Shown one piece after another: positions 29,429-37,914 of a stretch of 42,310 nucleotides of DNA (position 1 is its first letter; every line of letters starts with the position of its first letter). This DNA comes from a virus (lineage: Duplodnaviria > Heunggongvirae > Uroviricota > Caudoviricetes), in the IMG/VR virus record IMGVR_UViG_643692022_000008. One strand, 5' to 3'. The position numbers and the translations under genes are program-made. The notes under the pieces were generated by a model. That model saw only the letters and a list, made by a program, of their open reading frames with translations. It was not told where the DNA came from and made no database searches.

Positions 29429-29655
29429 TCTTCATCCTCCAACTCAGATACGGCGTCCATTACATCTGAGCCGCGAATGGTTTCGAATGCCACGCAAGCC
29501 ATTTCAAAGCACAGGCGCTCATGCGGGTGCGGAGATTGCCAATACTTGAAGCCAGGACGATGCGAATAGCCCTGCATCGCATAAAACTCTCCGGCCAATT
29601 CAATGGCGGCATCCACCAGTTCACGGTTTGTCATTGGTTTGTCGATGTTGCTCAT
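29425..29655 (-). CDS. Hypothetical phage protein (MSNIDK paralog 2)
   Basis: 76-aa ORF beginning MSNIDKP; overlaps neighbours by 4 nt. Confidence 0.55.
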   Translation of the reverse strand: MSNIDKPMTNRELVDAAIELAGEFYAMQGYSHRPGFKYWQSPHPHERLCFEMACVAFETIRGSDVMDAVSELEDEE

Positions 29656-29852
29656 TGGGCGGCCTCCTGGATTAACTTTTCGAGAATGGCATCAAGGGCT
29701 TTCCGTTTTCCGATATACCCGCCACCAACCCACTCTCCACGAAGCAAGGCGTAATATTTCCCGTCGTCTTCGTGATACGGTCCTCGGATAGACCAGTCGG
29801 TTGTGATGGCGTCGATAGCCTTTTTAGTTTCTGCGAAATCCATCATGCTCAT
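29652..29852 (-). CDS. Hypothetical small phage protein
   Basis: Start taken at internal ATG (MSMMDF...) overlapping the Ren-like stop. Confidence 0.45.
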   Translation of the reverse strand: MSMMDFAETKKAIDAITTDWSIRGPYHEDDGKYYALLRGEWVGGGYIGKRKALDAILEKLIQEAAQ

Positions 29853-30142
29853 ACCCCTACCCTCCCCCAAACCATCAACACCCGCTTCATCGCGGCACTC
29901 TGGCGACACTCCTTAAAAATCAGGTTAGTGCTCACCTTTCCTTCCCGTTCTTCCCTGGTAGCGAATCTGTAATACACCGTTCGCCAGACCTTACCATCAA
30001 TGACCAAGATTCCTGCCCGCGCCATTTTAGCCGCAGCCTGATTTATGCTGGTTACTGTTGCGCCTGTTGCCGCAGCTACATCCGGCGCGCAGAAAGTCCG
30101 GTGCGTTTTCAGGTAGTGAAGAATTGCCTCTTTGCCTGTCAT
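29849..30142 (-). CDS. ren: Ren-like protein
   Basis: 97-aa ORF immediately downstream of P and overlapping its stop, the position and size of lambda ren; sequence identity is from memory only. Confidence 0.55.
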   Translation of the reverse strand: MTGKEAILHYLKTHRTFCAPDVAAATGATVTSINQAAAKMARAGILVIDGKVWRTVYYRFATREEREGKVSTNLIFKECRQSAAMKRVLMVWGRVGV

Positions 30143-30840
30143 ACACTGGCTCCTTTCAGTCCGAACTTAGCTTTGATTTCTGCGATCTTCGCCAGAGCCT
30201 GAGCCCGGTTAAGTGGTCTACCGCCCATGACAGGAAGTTGTTTTACTGGTTCAGGTATAGCCTCACCACGGTTAATTCGTGCGGTCATACAGGACAGTTC
30301 ATCGGCAGCCTTGCGCCGTAATTCCGCGTCAGTCAACGCATTGGCCCGCATGTTCTGATACAGGTTGGTAACCAGCCAGTAGTGCGCGTTTGATTTCCAC
30401 GGATAAGACTCCGCATCCGGATACAGGCCTCGCTTCCGGCAATACTCGTAAACCATATCAACCAGCTCGCTGACGTTTGGCAGTCCGGCGATAACGGATG
30501 CTTCTTCCCGGCACCATGCAACAAACTGCCCGGGTGATGGCAGGAATGGTCGATTCTGCCGACGGGCTACGCGCATTCCTGCGTTAACCTGTTCCATTGT
30601 GGTGATCCCGTTTTCCCGGAAAGCCAGAACCCACTGGCGGCGGATTTCGTTCAGTTCGTTCTGATCCCGGTTAGCCAGGCTCGCAGGGAAAGTTGCCAGT
30701 AACTGGCTGAACACACCGTTGATGATCTGCGCTACCTGCTGTACCTGCGGCTTTTCGTCGTACTGTTCCAGCATATTGTTGGCGATCCGGCGCATCTGCT
30801 CACGGTCAAAGTTAACCATCTGTGCGGCGATGTTTTTCAT
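30139..30840 (-). CDS. P: Replication protein P (DnaB helicase loader)
   Basis: 233-aa protein MKNIAAQMVNFDREQMRRIANNM... essentially matching lambda P as remembered. Confidence 0.95.
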   Translation of the reverse strand: MKNIAAQMVNFDREQMRRIANNMLEQYDEKPQVQQVAQIINGVFSQLLATFPASLANRDQNELNEIRRQWVLAFRENGITTMEQVNAGMRVARRQNRPFLPSPGQFVAWCREEASVIAGLPNVSELVDMVYEYCRKRGLYPDAESYPWKSNAHYWLVTNLYQNMRANALTDAELRRKAADELSCMTARINRGEAIPEPVKQLPVMGGRPLNRAQALAKIAEIKAKFGLKGASV

Positions 30841-31856
30841 AAATCCACCCCGTAAATCCAGTCAGTGTTCGTCAGGTCGAGTTTTGGTTTGCCGGCTGTC
30901 ACGCCAGCCTGTTGCTTGTTTCGGTTGATTTCGAGCTGGGTCCACTTGTCGCGGAGTTTGGCCGGACTCAGCACGTTACCGGACCAGAAGTTGTCCTGGC
31001 ATGCCCAGCGGAACAGTACACACATATCGCGGTGGTTACGCCCGTCACGCTCACGCATCAGGCGGATATCGTTAGCCCACCCTGCAAAATTCGGTTTTCT
31101 GGCTGATGGCGCGATGGTCTTCACCATGTCAAACATCCACTCTGCGGCGGTCAGGTCTTCTGCTGTCCCCCACTTGCTGCCGCTCTGAATCGCAGCATCC
31201 GGTTTCACCACAGGAAGGTCGTTTTCTGGCTGGTCAGAGTATTCGCCAGAATTCTCGGACGAATAAGGTTTTATATTGTCTTTTGTTAGTTTGTCTTTTG
31301 TGTTTACCTGATTCGGGTAAGTGCCTTTACCTGATTTGGGTAAACTTTTCTTACCTGATTCAGGTAAATTTACCTCTTTCAGGTAAACTTTATTTTTCTT
31401 ACCTGATTCGGGTAATGTTGACCATTCACTGACCACATTATTAATGCCTATATTCCGCCCGCTCTGAATAAAAATCCCACGCTTTACCAGAACACTTTTT
31501 GCAGCAGAACACTTGTGCGGCAATATCCCGGTCAACTCGGAAAGTTGCTCGTTGCTCACCCAATCCAGTTTTTTATTAAAGCCATATGTTTTGCGCATGA
31601 CAGCCAGGAAGACCAGAAGCTGGTGCTGTGTTAATCCGGCCAGCATTACAGCTTCCAGCAACTCATTTGCAATGCGCGTATAACCATCATCGAGATCTGC
31701 CACGCGCGGCTCCTTTTGTGCCGCATCCGGCACAGGAAAATTGAATATCTCAGCAGTGTTTGCCATAATTCCTCCCGCAATGAGTGTGTTACGATTTGCA
31801 CCTGAAAGTCGGTTCTGTTCCCGCAGACCGACTTTCGCCATTTTTAAACCTGTCAT
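30837..31856 (-). CDS. O: Replication initiator O (lambda O-like C-terminus, distinct N-terminal DNA-binding domain)
   Basis: 339-aa ORF overlapping P; contains the iteron array and AT-rich tract internally; C-terminal region resembles lambda O. Confidence 0.9.
   Translation of the reverse strand: MTGLKMAKVGLREQNRLSGANRNTLIAGGIMANTAEIFNFPVPDAAQKEPRVADLDDGYTRIANELLEAVMLAGLTQHQLLVFLAVMRKTYGFNKKLDWVSNEQLSELTGILPHKCSAAKSVLVKRGIFIQSGRNIGINNVVSEWSTLPESGKKNKVYLKEVNLPESGKKSLPKSGKGTYPNQVNTKDKLTKDNIKPYSSENSGEYSDQPENDLPVVKPDAAIQSGSKWGTAEDLTAAEWMFDMVKTIAPSARKPNFAGWANDIRLMRERDGRNHRDMCVLFRWACQDNFWSGNVLSPAKLRDKWTQLEINRNKQQAGVTAGKPKLDLTNTDWIYGVDL
31304..31415. repeat. Replication origin iterons inside the O gene
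   Basis: Five ~17-bp copies of TTACCTGATTCGGGTAA-like repeats at 31304-31320, 31327-31343, 31351-31367, 31369-31386 and 31399-31415, followed in the direction of O transcription by an AT-rich tract (31261-31300). Confidence 0.85.
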
Positions 31857-32398
31857 ATTGCCCCCAACATGGTGGTAACCATCGCCATCAATGGACCAGC
31901 CAGATCCGGGTCCACACGAAACATCGACACAATACCTTCACTCATCTCCTTCAGTTTCTGGTGGCGTGGTGCGTTGAGAATGACAGCCTGTTTTGCCTCA
32001 CTGAGTTCCTTTTCCATTTCAGCCAACCGAGTCATGAAGCTATCCTGCTCAACCAGGTAACCGCGATATTCCAGCGGTAGTACCGCCAGAATTGCCGGGG
32101 TCAGTTCACGCACGTTATTTCGGTATTTTTCAGAATCGAATTTGTTATCGAGGAAGCGGAACAGCTTCTGGCGTGCACGGCTGACATCATCAGGGAAATC
32201 GATGGTGCCGCCGCCCTGCTCCCGATACTCATTCACAATGAGTGCGGCAACAACATCCTGATTATCTGCAGCCGACCAGGCGCGGACGGCATCACGGATT
32301 TTTTCGTGGCCTGGCACCTGTTTTGTTTGAGAACGATTTATCACCGCAGTCGGGCTAAATCCGCTAGTCTGTTGGTATGTAAGTGGTTGCATAGTCAT
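31853..32398 (-). CDS. YdaT-like protein (cII-position regulator/toxin-like)
   Basis: 181-aa ORF between the cro-like gene and O; EYREQGGG...ELTPAILAVLP resembles Rac YdaT as remembered. Confidence 0.5.
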   Translation of the reverse strand: MTMQPLTYQQTSGFSPTAVINRSQTKQVPGHEKIRDAVRAWSAADNQDVVAALIVNEYREQGGGTIDFPDDVSRARQKLFRFLDNKFDSEKYRNNVRELTPAILAVLPLEYRGYLVEQDSFMTRLAEMEKELSEAKQAVILNAPRHQKLKEMSEGIVSMFRVDPDLAGPLMAMVTTMLGAI

Positions 32399-32422
32399 TG
32401 CCTTATCAGTTAACGCCGCAGT

Positions 32423-32650
32423 TTAGGCGGCAGAATTACTCGCGTTAAACAATGGTGCGAGGTCGGGACGAATATCTGCTGGTTTAATCTTTCCACCAGT
32501 GGCTGAGACAATTTTCATTACATAGCGGGCATCAATTCCGCCACCGTGTAGCCAACGCCAAACTGTGGGTTGGGCTACACCGCATAGATCTGCCAGTCGT
32601 TTTTGACTACCTGTAATACTGATTGCGAGTTGAATGGTTTGATTTGTCAT
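32423..32650 (-). CDS. Cro/YdaS-like HTH repressor
   Basis: Small HTH protein (RLADLCGVAQPTVWRW) transcribed divergently from cI; likely start at ATG 32648-32650. Confidence 0.75.
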   Translation of the reverse strand: MTNQTIQLAISITGSQKRLADLCGVAQPTVWRWLHGGGIDARYVMKIVSATGGKIKPADIRPDLAPLFNASNSAA

Positions 32651-32656
32651 TATCAA

Positions 32657-32760
32657 TTCCTATTGGTATTGCAATGAATGAATAATAGCAATGAGTATTA
32701 ACCCAAGCAATAGCAAAACGTGTTTTGACCATCAATACGCAAGCGTATAAATTAAAACTT
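32657..32760. promoter_or_regulatory. OR-like operator region with divergent pR and pRM candidates
   Basis: Repeated ATTGCAAT/ATAGCAAT/CAATAGCAA motifs; minus-strand promoter -35 at 32705-32710 and -10 TATTAT at 32682-32687; plus-strand promoter TTGACC at 32725-32730 with -10 ~32747-32752, giving an apparently leaderless cI start at 32761. Confidence 0.6.
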
Positions 32761-33453
32761 ATGAAAAAAGAAACTCTTGCTGATCGCTTAAATCTAGCGA
32801 TGGAACAATCTGGAATGTCTCAAGGCGCTCTTGCAAAGGCGTCTGGCGTAGCTCAACCCACAATCTGGAGACTGACAAGCGGCAACGCGCGCGGCTCAAC
32901 AAAAATTGTTGAAATAGCTAATGCATTGGGTGTTCGAACAGAATGGCTCTCTTCAGGCATAGGCCCGATGAGAAATGACGGTCAACAATCAGGGAAGCCT
33001 GCTGTCAGCCATTCCAAATACTTCAAAATTGACGTTCTTGATATAGAAGTCAGTGCCGGGCCGGGTGTAATCAACCGTGAGTTTGTAGAAGTTCTACGCT
33101 CGGTTGAATACTCGTTTGACGATGCTCGTCACATGTTCGATGGCAGGAAGGCGGAAAATATCCGCATCATTAACGTGCGTGGTGACAGCATGTCAGGAAC
33201 GATCGAACCAGGTGATCTGCTGTTCGTTGATATCACGGTTAAATCTTTCGACGGTGATGGTATCTATGCGTTTCTGTATGACGACACCGCCCATGTAAAA
33301 CGCCTGCAAATGATGAAGGATAAGCTGCTGGTTATCTCTGATAACAAGAGCTACTCACCGTGGGACCCGATCGAGAAAGACGAGATGAACCGCGTGTTCA
33401 TCTTCGGGAAAGTCATCGGGAGCATGCCGCAGACATATAGAAAGCATGGGTAG
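32761..33453 (+). CDS. cI: CI-type repressor (HTH-XRE + S24 LexA-like peptidase domain)
   Basis: N-terminal HTH (QGALAKASGVAQPTIWRL) and C-terminal S24 domain (GDSMSGTIEPGDLLFVD...KRL); start at ATG 32761. Confidence 0.85.
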   Translation: MKKETLADRLNLAMEQSGMSQGALAKASGVAQPTIWRLTSGNARGSTKIVEIANALGVRTEWLSSGIGPMRNDGQQSGKPAVSHSKYFKIDVLDIEVSAGPGVINREFVEVLRSVEYSFDDARHMFDGRKAENIRIINVRGDSMSGTIEPGDLLFVDITVKSFDGDGIYAFLYDDTAHVKRLQMMKDKLLVISDNKSYSPWDPIEKDEMNRVFIFGKVIGSMPQTYRKHG

Positions 33454-33582
33454 AAATCAGAACAAAATTATGCACTTCGCTTTTCAGCTTACTGTAGTAA
33501 GGCAATAAATTAGGCTTGACGTTAGCTATCAGGTGCACAACAATAATTGTTGAATAATAGGTTTTTTTAACTAGGTGATAAC

Positions 33583-34722
33583 ATGGCAGCGGTTGAATTT
33601 CAATTGTCTAGGAAGATGATTGATTGGATAGCAAATTCTCAAGGAGTTTCTATCGAAACTCTTGCTGACCAAGTCATGCCCAAAAAGATTAATAAATTTC
33701 TTAACGGAGTGGTAAGTAAATCCGCAGCAGAAAAACTGGCAAAAATTGGAGGAATCCCTTTCGGTTTTTTATTTCTTGAAACGCCACCAACTCCAGCCAA
33801 ACCCAAGATCCCTGACTTAAGGCAAGCTATAAATAGCCGTGAGTTAGGAAAAGATTTTTTTGATGTTTACTATGATATAGAATATAAACTTGAGTGGTAC
33901 AAAGACTATTTAAGAGAAAATGGTAATGATGATCCACTCGATTTTATTGGTAAATTTAAATTTAATAGAAAATTAAATTATAAGGTTGTTGCTACAGACA
34001 TAGCAAACACAATACATTTTGATATACAAAAAGAGATAAAAAATGTCACTTTTGAGAGCTATTTTTCTAAAGTGGCAAAACTAATAGAAGACACTGGCGT
34101 ATTAGTTTTCAAGAATGGTGTTGTGGGTAATAATAATAAAAGAAAACTTGACACGCGAGAGTTTCGTGGTTTCTGTATATCTGATAGCGTTGCTCCGATC
34201 ATTTTTGTAAATAGCTCGGACGCGTTATCTGCGCAGGTATTTACATTATTTCATGAGGTGGCTCATCTTTGGCTTGGAGTCGATGGAGTCTCTGGGTGGG
34301 ACACAGAAAAAAACATAGAATCTTTTTGTAATAAAGTTGCTGCTGAAATCTTAATGCCTGATAATCTCTTCAAATCTTTCTGGCTTAATGCATCCAGCGA
34401 TAATAATTATTATCGAGTAAAAGAGGTTTCTAAGTTATTTAAGGTTAGTGATTTCGCTTGTGCAATCAAAGCGTTACAATTAGATTTGATAGAAAGAAAC
34501 ACTTTGGAGATAATTAAAGATCAAGCTTACAATAAGCCCAAAAAAGAATCCAATGGTGGTTCTTTCTTTAACACATTACCTGTTCGTAACAGTCCAAAAC
34601 TTACGAATATAATAATTTCCAAAGCAATGTCTCAACAATTACCATTAAGGGAAGCAGGCGTACTGCTAAATGTAAAAGCAGATACAGTTGTTGAATTTTA
34701 TAAAAAACGAGAATCTCTATGA
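33583..34722 (+). CDS. HTH + ImmA/IrrE-family (DUF955/COG2856-like) HEXXH metallopeptidase
   Basis: 379-aa AT-rich ORF with AGGTGA RBS; N-terminal XRE-like HTH; HEVAH motif at 34251-34265; stop overlaps the next gene's start (ATGA at 34719-34722). Confidence 0.7.
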   Translation: MAAVEFQLSRKMIDWIANSQGVSIETLADQVMPKKINKFLNGVVSKSAAEKLAKIGGIPFGFLFLETPPTPAKPKIPDLRQAINSRELGKDFFDVYYDIEYKLEWYKDYLRENGNDDPLDFIGKFKFNRKLNYKVVATDIANTIHFDIQKEIKNVTFESYFSKVAKLIEDTGVLVFKNGVVGNNNKRKLDTREFRGFCISDSVAPIIFVNSSDALSAQVFTLFHEVAHLWLGVDGVSGWDTEKNIESFCNKVAAEILMPDNLFKSFWLNASSDNNYYRVKEVSKLFKVSDFACAIKALQLDLIERNTLEIIKDQAYNKPKKESNGGSFFNTLPVRNSPKLTNIIISKAMSQQLPLREAGVLLNVKADTVVEFYKKRESL

Positions 34723-35231
34723 TTCATAATGGAAAATTCTTAATTGATAGTAATGTCTTCATAGAGGCAAAAAACTTTGCATATAACTTCAATTATTGCA
34801 AAATATTTTGGGATTTTCTTCTCGCTTTACACATTAAAGGTCTGATTTATAGCATTAATGCTGTAAAAAAAGAACTATGTGCAAAAGATGATCCATTGTG
34901 TAAATGGATTAAAGAAGAGTTACCATCATCATTCTTCGAAGATGAGCATAGTTCAATAGAAAATTATGCAAAGTTAATAAATTGGTCAACTAAATTAGAT
35001 GTTACCGAAAAGGCAAAGTTTGATTTTGCAAGCCATGAAAAAGCAGATGCTTTTTTAATAGCCCATGCGATGACACATGGATATACTATTATTACCCATG
35101 AGAAACCATCCGGTGGCAAACCTAAAAAAAGAATAATGATCCCGGATGCTGCTGCTTCTCACGGCGTTAAGACATTAACACTATATGAATTTCTTCCAAG
35201 ATACGCTAGTCATAATTTTTCTTTGAAATAA
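34719..35231 (+). CDS. DUF4411 PIN-like putative nuclease
   Basis: 170-aa AT-rich ORF translationally coupled to the upstream peptidase; N-terminal FLIDSNVFIEA strand with conserved Asp typical of PIN-like folds. Confidence 0.65.
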   Translation: MIHNGKFLIDSNVFIEAKNFAYNFNYCKIFWDFLLALHIKGLIYSINAVKKELCAKDDPLCKWIKEELPSSFFEDEHSSIENYAKLINWSTKLDVTEKAKFDFASHEKADAFLIAHAMTHGYTIITHEKPSGGKPKKRIMIPDAAASHGVKTLTLYEFLPRYASHNFSLK

Positions 35232-35236
35232 AACGT

Positions 35237-35263
35237 CCCGGCCACCGTGCCGGGTTTTCTTTT
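35237..35263 (+). terminator. Rho-independent terminator after the two-gene module (tIMM-like)
   Basis: Hairpin cccggc/caccgt/gccggg (35237-35254) followed by ttttctttt. Confidence 0.7.
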
Positions 35264-35379
35264 GCCTCCCCTCATCACACACACCATTCAAAAAACCACC
35301 ACAACCCCGCTTCAGTTATCGCTATGCGATGCAAGTCACAAAATTAATTCTTTTTGCTATCAAATATTTAATATCAAAA

Positions 35380-35432
35380 CACATCTAGCAATAGCAATAA
35401 GTATTGATATCATCAATAGCAATAGCTATTAT
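35380..35432 (+). promoter_or_regulatory. OL-like operators with candidate pL promoter
   Basis: CAATAGCAA(T) motifs at 35386-35397 and 35414-35426 match the OR motif; TTGATA (35404-35409), 17-bp spacer, TATTAT (35427-35432) on the + strand facing gam-bet-exo. Confidence 0.55.
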
Positions 35433-35625
35433 CACCATGTCGCAACAACACAACGATACGGCAATCACCTGATTCACCGTTGCGATGACCGCTTAGATCC
35501 GCAGCTTGAATTTCAGCAGGCTCCGGGGAGTGCGAGGGGTGAAGCGGACGCGTGAACGTCGGTGTGACCAGCTGAAATCAACTCAACACTTCATACCTCA
35601 GTCGCTTCAACGAGGCGGCTTAGTT

Positions 35626-35916
35626 ATGACAACCGGCGGCCATCCACCGCCTGAATACGCGCAGAAGTCTTTATATGTTCAGCAGCCCAGCTTACGGGCA
35701 GGAGTTTTTATGGTTCATCAACATTACGGAACGCAGACCGTTAATCGCGGTGCGGTCATGCCAGGAATGCTGGTCAAACACAAAGATGGTACCTGGACTG
35801 CATCAGCTAATTTACGCGGACGGCTTTATCTGCATCGCGGCATCGAGCGCACTTATACCCGTGATTTGCTCGTGGAAGTTTTTCTCGACGGACGCGGTAA
35901 CGGCCTCAATCACTAA
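35626..35916 (+). CDS. Hypothetical early-left protein
   Basis: ORF between the OL-like region and gam; start uncertain (track ORF starts at 35506, internal ATG at 35626 has a GAGG RBS). Confidence 0.35.
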   Translation: MTTGGHPPPEYAQKSLYVQQPSLRAGVFMVHQHYGTQTVNRGAVMPGMLVKHKDGTWTASANLRGRLYLHRGIERTYTRDLLVEVFLDGRGNGLNH

Positions 35917-35991
35917 TCCCCTTTCCTGTTTTCCTAATCAGCCTGGCATTTCGCGGGCGATATTTTCACAGCCATTTTCAGGAGTTCAGCC

Positions 35992-36288
35992 ATGAACGCT
36001 TATTACATTCAGGATCGTCTTGAGGCTCAGAGCTGGGCGCGTCACTACCAGCAGATCGCCCGTGAAGAGAAAGAGGCAGAACTGGCAGACGACATGGAAA
36101 AAGGCCTGCCCCAGCACCTGTTTGAATCGCTATGCATCGATCATTTGCAACGCCACGGGGCCAGCAAAAAAGCCATTACCCGTGCATTTGATGACGATGT
36201 TGAGTTTCAGGAGCGCATGGCAGAACACATCCGGTACATGGTTGAAACCATTGCTCACCACCAGGTTGATATTGATTCAGAGGTATAA
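35992..36288 (+). CDS. gam: Gam (RecBCD inhibitor), short GamS-length form
   Basis: 98-aa protein [42 protein letters not shown]... matches lambda Gam; in-frame stop at 35935-35937 upstream. Confidence 0.85.
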   Translation: MNAYYIQDRLEAQSWARHYQQIAREEKEAELADDMEKGLPQHLFESLCIDHLQRHGASKKAITRAFDDDVEFQERMAEHIRYMVETIAHHQVDIDSEV

Positions 36289-36293
36289 AACGG

Positions 36294-37079
36294 ATGAGTA
36301 CAGCACTCGCAACGCTGGCTGGGAAGCTGGCTGAACGTGTCGGCATGGATTCTGTCGACCCACAGGAACTGATCACCACTCTTCGCCAGACGGCATTTAA
36401 AGGTGATGCCAGCGATGCGCAGTTCATCGCATTGTTGATCGTCGCCAACCAGTACGGCCTTAATCCGTGGACGAAAGAAATTTACGCCTTCCCTGACAAG
36501 CAGAACGGCATCGTTCCGGTGGTGGGCGTTGATGGCTGGTCCCGTATCATCAATGAAAACCAGCAGTTTGATGGCATGGACTTTGAGCAGGACAATGAAT
36601 CATGTACATGCCGGATTTACCGCAAGGACCGTAATCATCCGATCTGCGTTACCGAGTGGATGGATGAATGCCGCCGCGAACCATTCAAAACCCGCGAAGG
36701 CAGAGAAATCACGGGGCCGTGGCAGTCGCATCCCAAACGGATGTTACGGCATAAAGCCATGATTCAGTGTGCCCGTCTCGCCTTCGGATTTGCTGGTATC
36801 TATGACAAGGATGAAGCCGAGCGCATTGTCGAAAATACCGCATACACTGCAGAACGTCAGCCGGAACGCGACATCACTCCGGTTAACGATGAAACCATGC
36901 AGGAGATTAACACTCTGCTGATCGCCCTGGATAAAACATGGGATGACGACTTATTGCCGCTCTGTTCCCAGATATTTCGCCGCGACATTCGCGCATCGTC
37001 AGAACTGACACAGGCCGAAGCAGTGAAAGCTCTTGGATTCCTGAAACAGAAAGCCACTGAGCAGAAGGTGGCAGCATGA
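36294..37079 (+). CDS. bet: Bet (Red-beta single-strand annealing protein)
   Basis: 261-aa protein [43 protein letters not shown]... matches lambda Bet. Confidence 0.95.
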   Translation: MSTALATLAGKLAERVGMDSVDPQELITTLRQTAFKGDASDAQFIALLIVANQYGLNPWTKEIYAFPDKQNGIVPVVGVDGWSRIINENQQFDGMDFEQDNESCTCRIYRKDRNHPICVTEWMDECRREPFKTREGREITGPWQSHPKRMLRHKAMIQCARLAFGFAGIYDKDEAERIVENTAYTAERQPERDITPVNDETMQEINTLLIALDKTWDDDLLPLCSQIFRRDIRASSELTQAEAVKALGFLKQKATEQKVAA

Positions 37080-37756
37080 CACCGGACATTATCCTGCAGC
37101 GTACCGGGATCGACGTGAGAGCTGTCGAACAGGGGGATGATGCATGGCACAAATTACGGCTCGGCGTCATCACAGCTTCAGAAGTTCATAACGTAATAGC
37201 AAAACCCCGATCCGGAAAGAAATGGCCTGATATGAAAATGTCCTACTTCCACACCCTGCTTGCCGAGGTTTGCACCGGTGTGGCTCCGGAAGTTAACGCT
37301 AAAGCACTGGCCTGGGGAAAACAGTACGAGAACGACGCCAGAGCCCTGTTTGAGTTCACTTCCGGCGTGAATGTTACTGAATCCCCGATCATCTATCGAG
37401 ACGAGACTATGCGTACCGCCTGCTCTCCCGATGGTTTATGCAGTGACGGCAATGGTCTTGAGCTGAAATGCCCGTTTACCTCCCGGGATTTCATGAAGTT
37501 CCGGCTCGGTGGTTTCGAGGCCATAAAGTCGGCTTATATGGCCCAGGTGCAGTACAGCATGTGGGTAACGCGAAAAAATGCCTGGTACTTTGCCAACTAT
37601 GACCCGCGTATGAAGCGTGAAGGCCTGCATTATGTCGTGGTTGAGCGGGATGAAAAGTACATGGCGAGTTTTGACGAAATGGTGCCGGAATTCATCGAAA
37701 AAATGGACGAGGCACTGGCTGAAATTGGTTTTGTATTTGGGGAGCAATGGCGATGA
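37076..37756 (+). CDS. exo: Exo (Red-alpha 5'-3' exonuclease)
   Basis: 226-aa protein [44 protein letters not shown]... matches lambda Exo. Confidence 0.95.
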   Translation: MTPDIILQRTGIDVRAVEQGDDAWHKLRLGVITASEVHNVIAKPRSGKKWPDMKMSYFHTLLAEVCTGVAPEVNAKALAWGKQYENDARALFEFTSGVNVTESPIIYRDETMRTACSPDGLCSDGNGLELKCPFTSRDFMKFRLGGFEAIKSAYMAQVQYSMWVTRKNAWYFANYDPRMKREGLHYVVVERDEKYMASFDEMVPEFIEKMDEALAEIGFVFGEQWR

Positions 37757-37914
37757 AGCATCCTCACGATAATATCCGGGTAGGCGCGATCACTTTCGTC
37801 TACTCCGTTACAAAGCGAGGCTGGGTATTTCCCGGCCTTTCTGTTATCAGAAATCCACTGAAAGCACAGCGGCTGGCTGAGGAGATAAATAATAAACGGG
37901 GGCTGTATGACTGA
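37753..37914 (+). CDS. Small hypothetical protein (orf60a-like position)
   Basis: 53-codon [21 protein letters not shown]...; ATG overlaps the exo stop and its stop overlaps the methyltransferase start. Confidence 0.4.
   Translation: MKHPHDNIRVGAITFVYSVTKRGWVFPGLSVIRNPLKAQRLAEEINNKRGLYD

Noticed and set aside
31304-31415. Possible CRISPR array
   Set aside because: The repeats are 17-bp dyad-symmetric iterons inside the O gene with short irregular spacing, characteristic of a replication origin. No CRISPR-like repeat-spacer array exists anywhere in the window.
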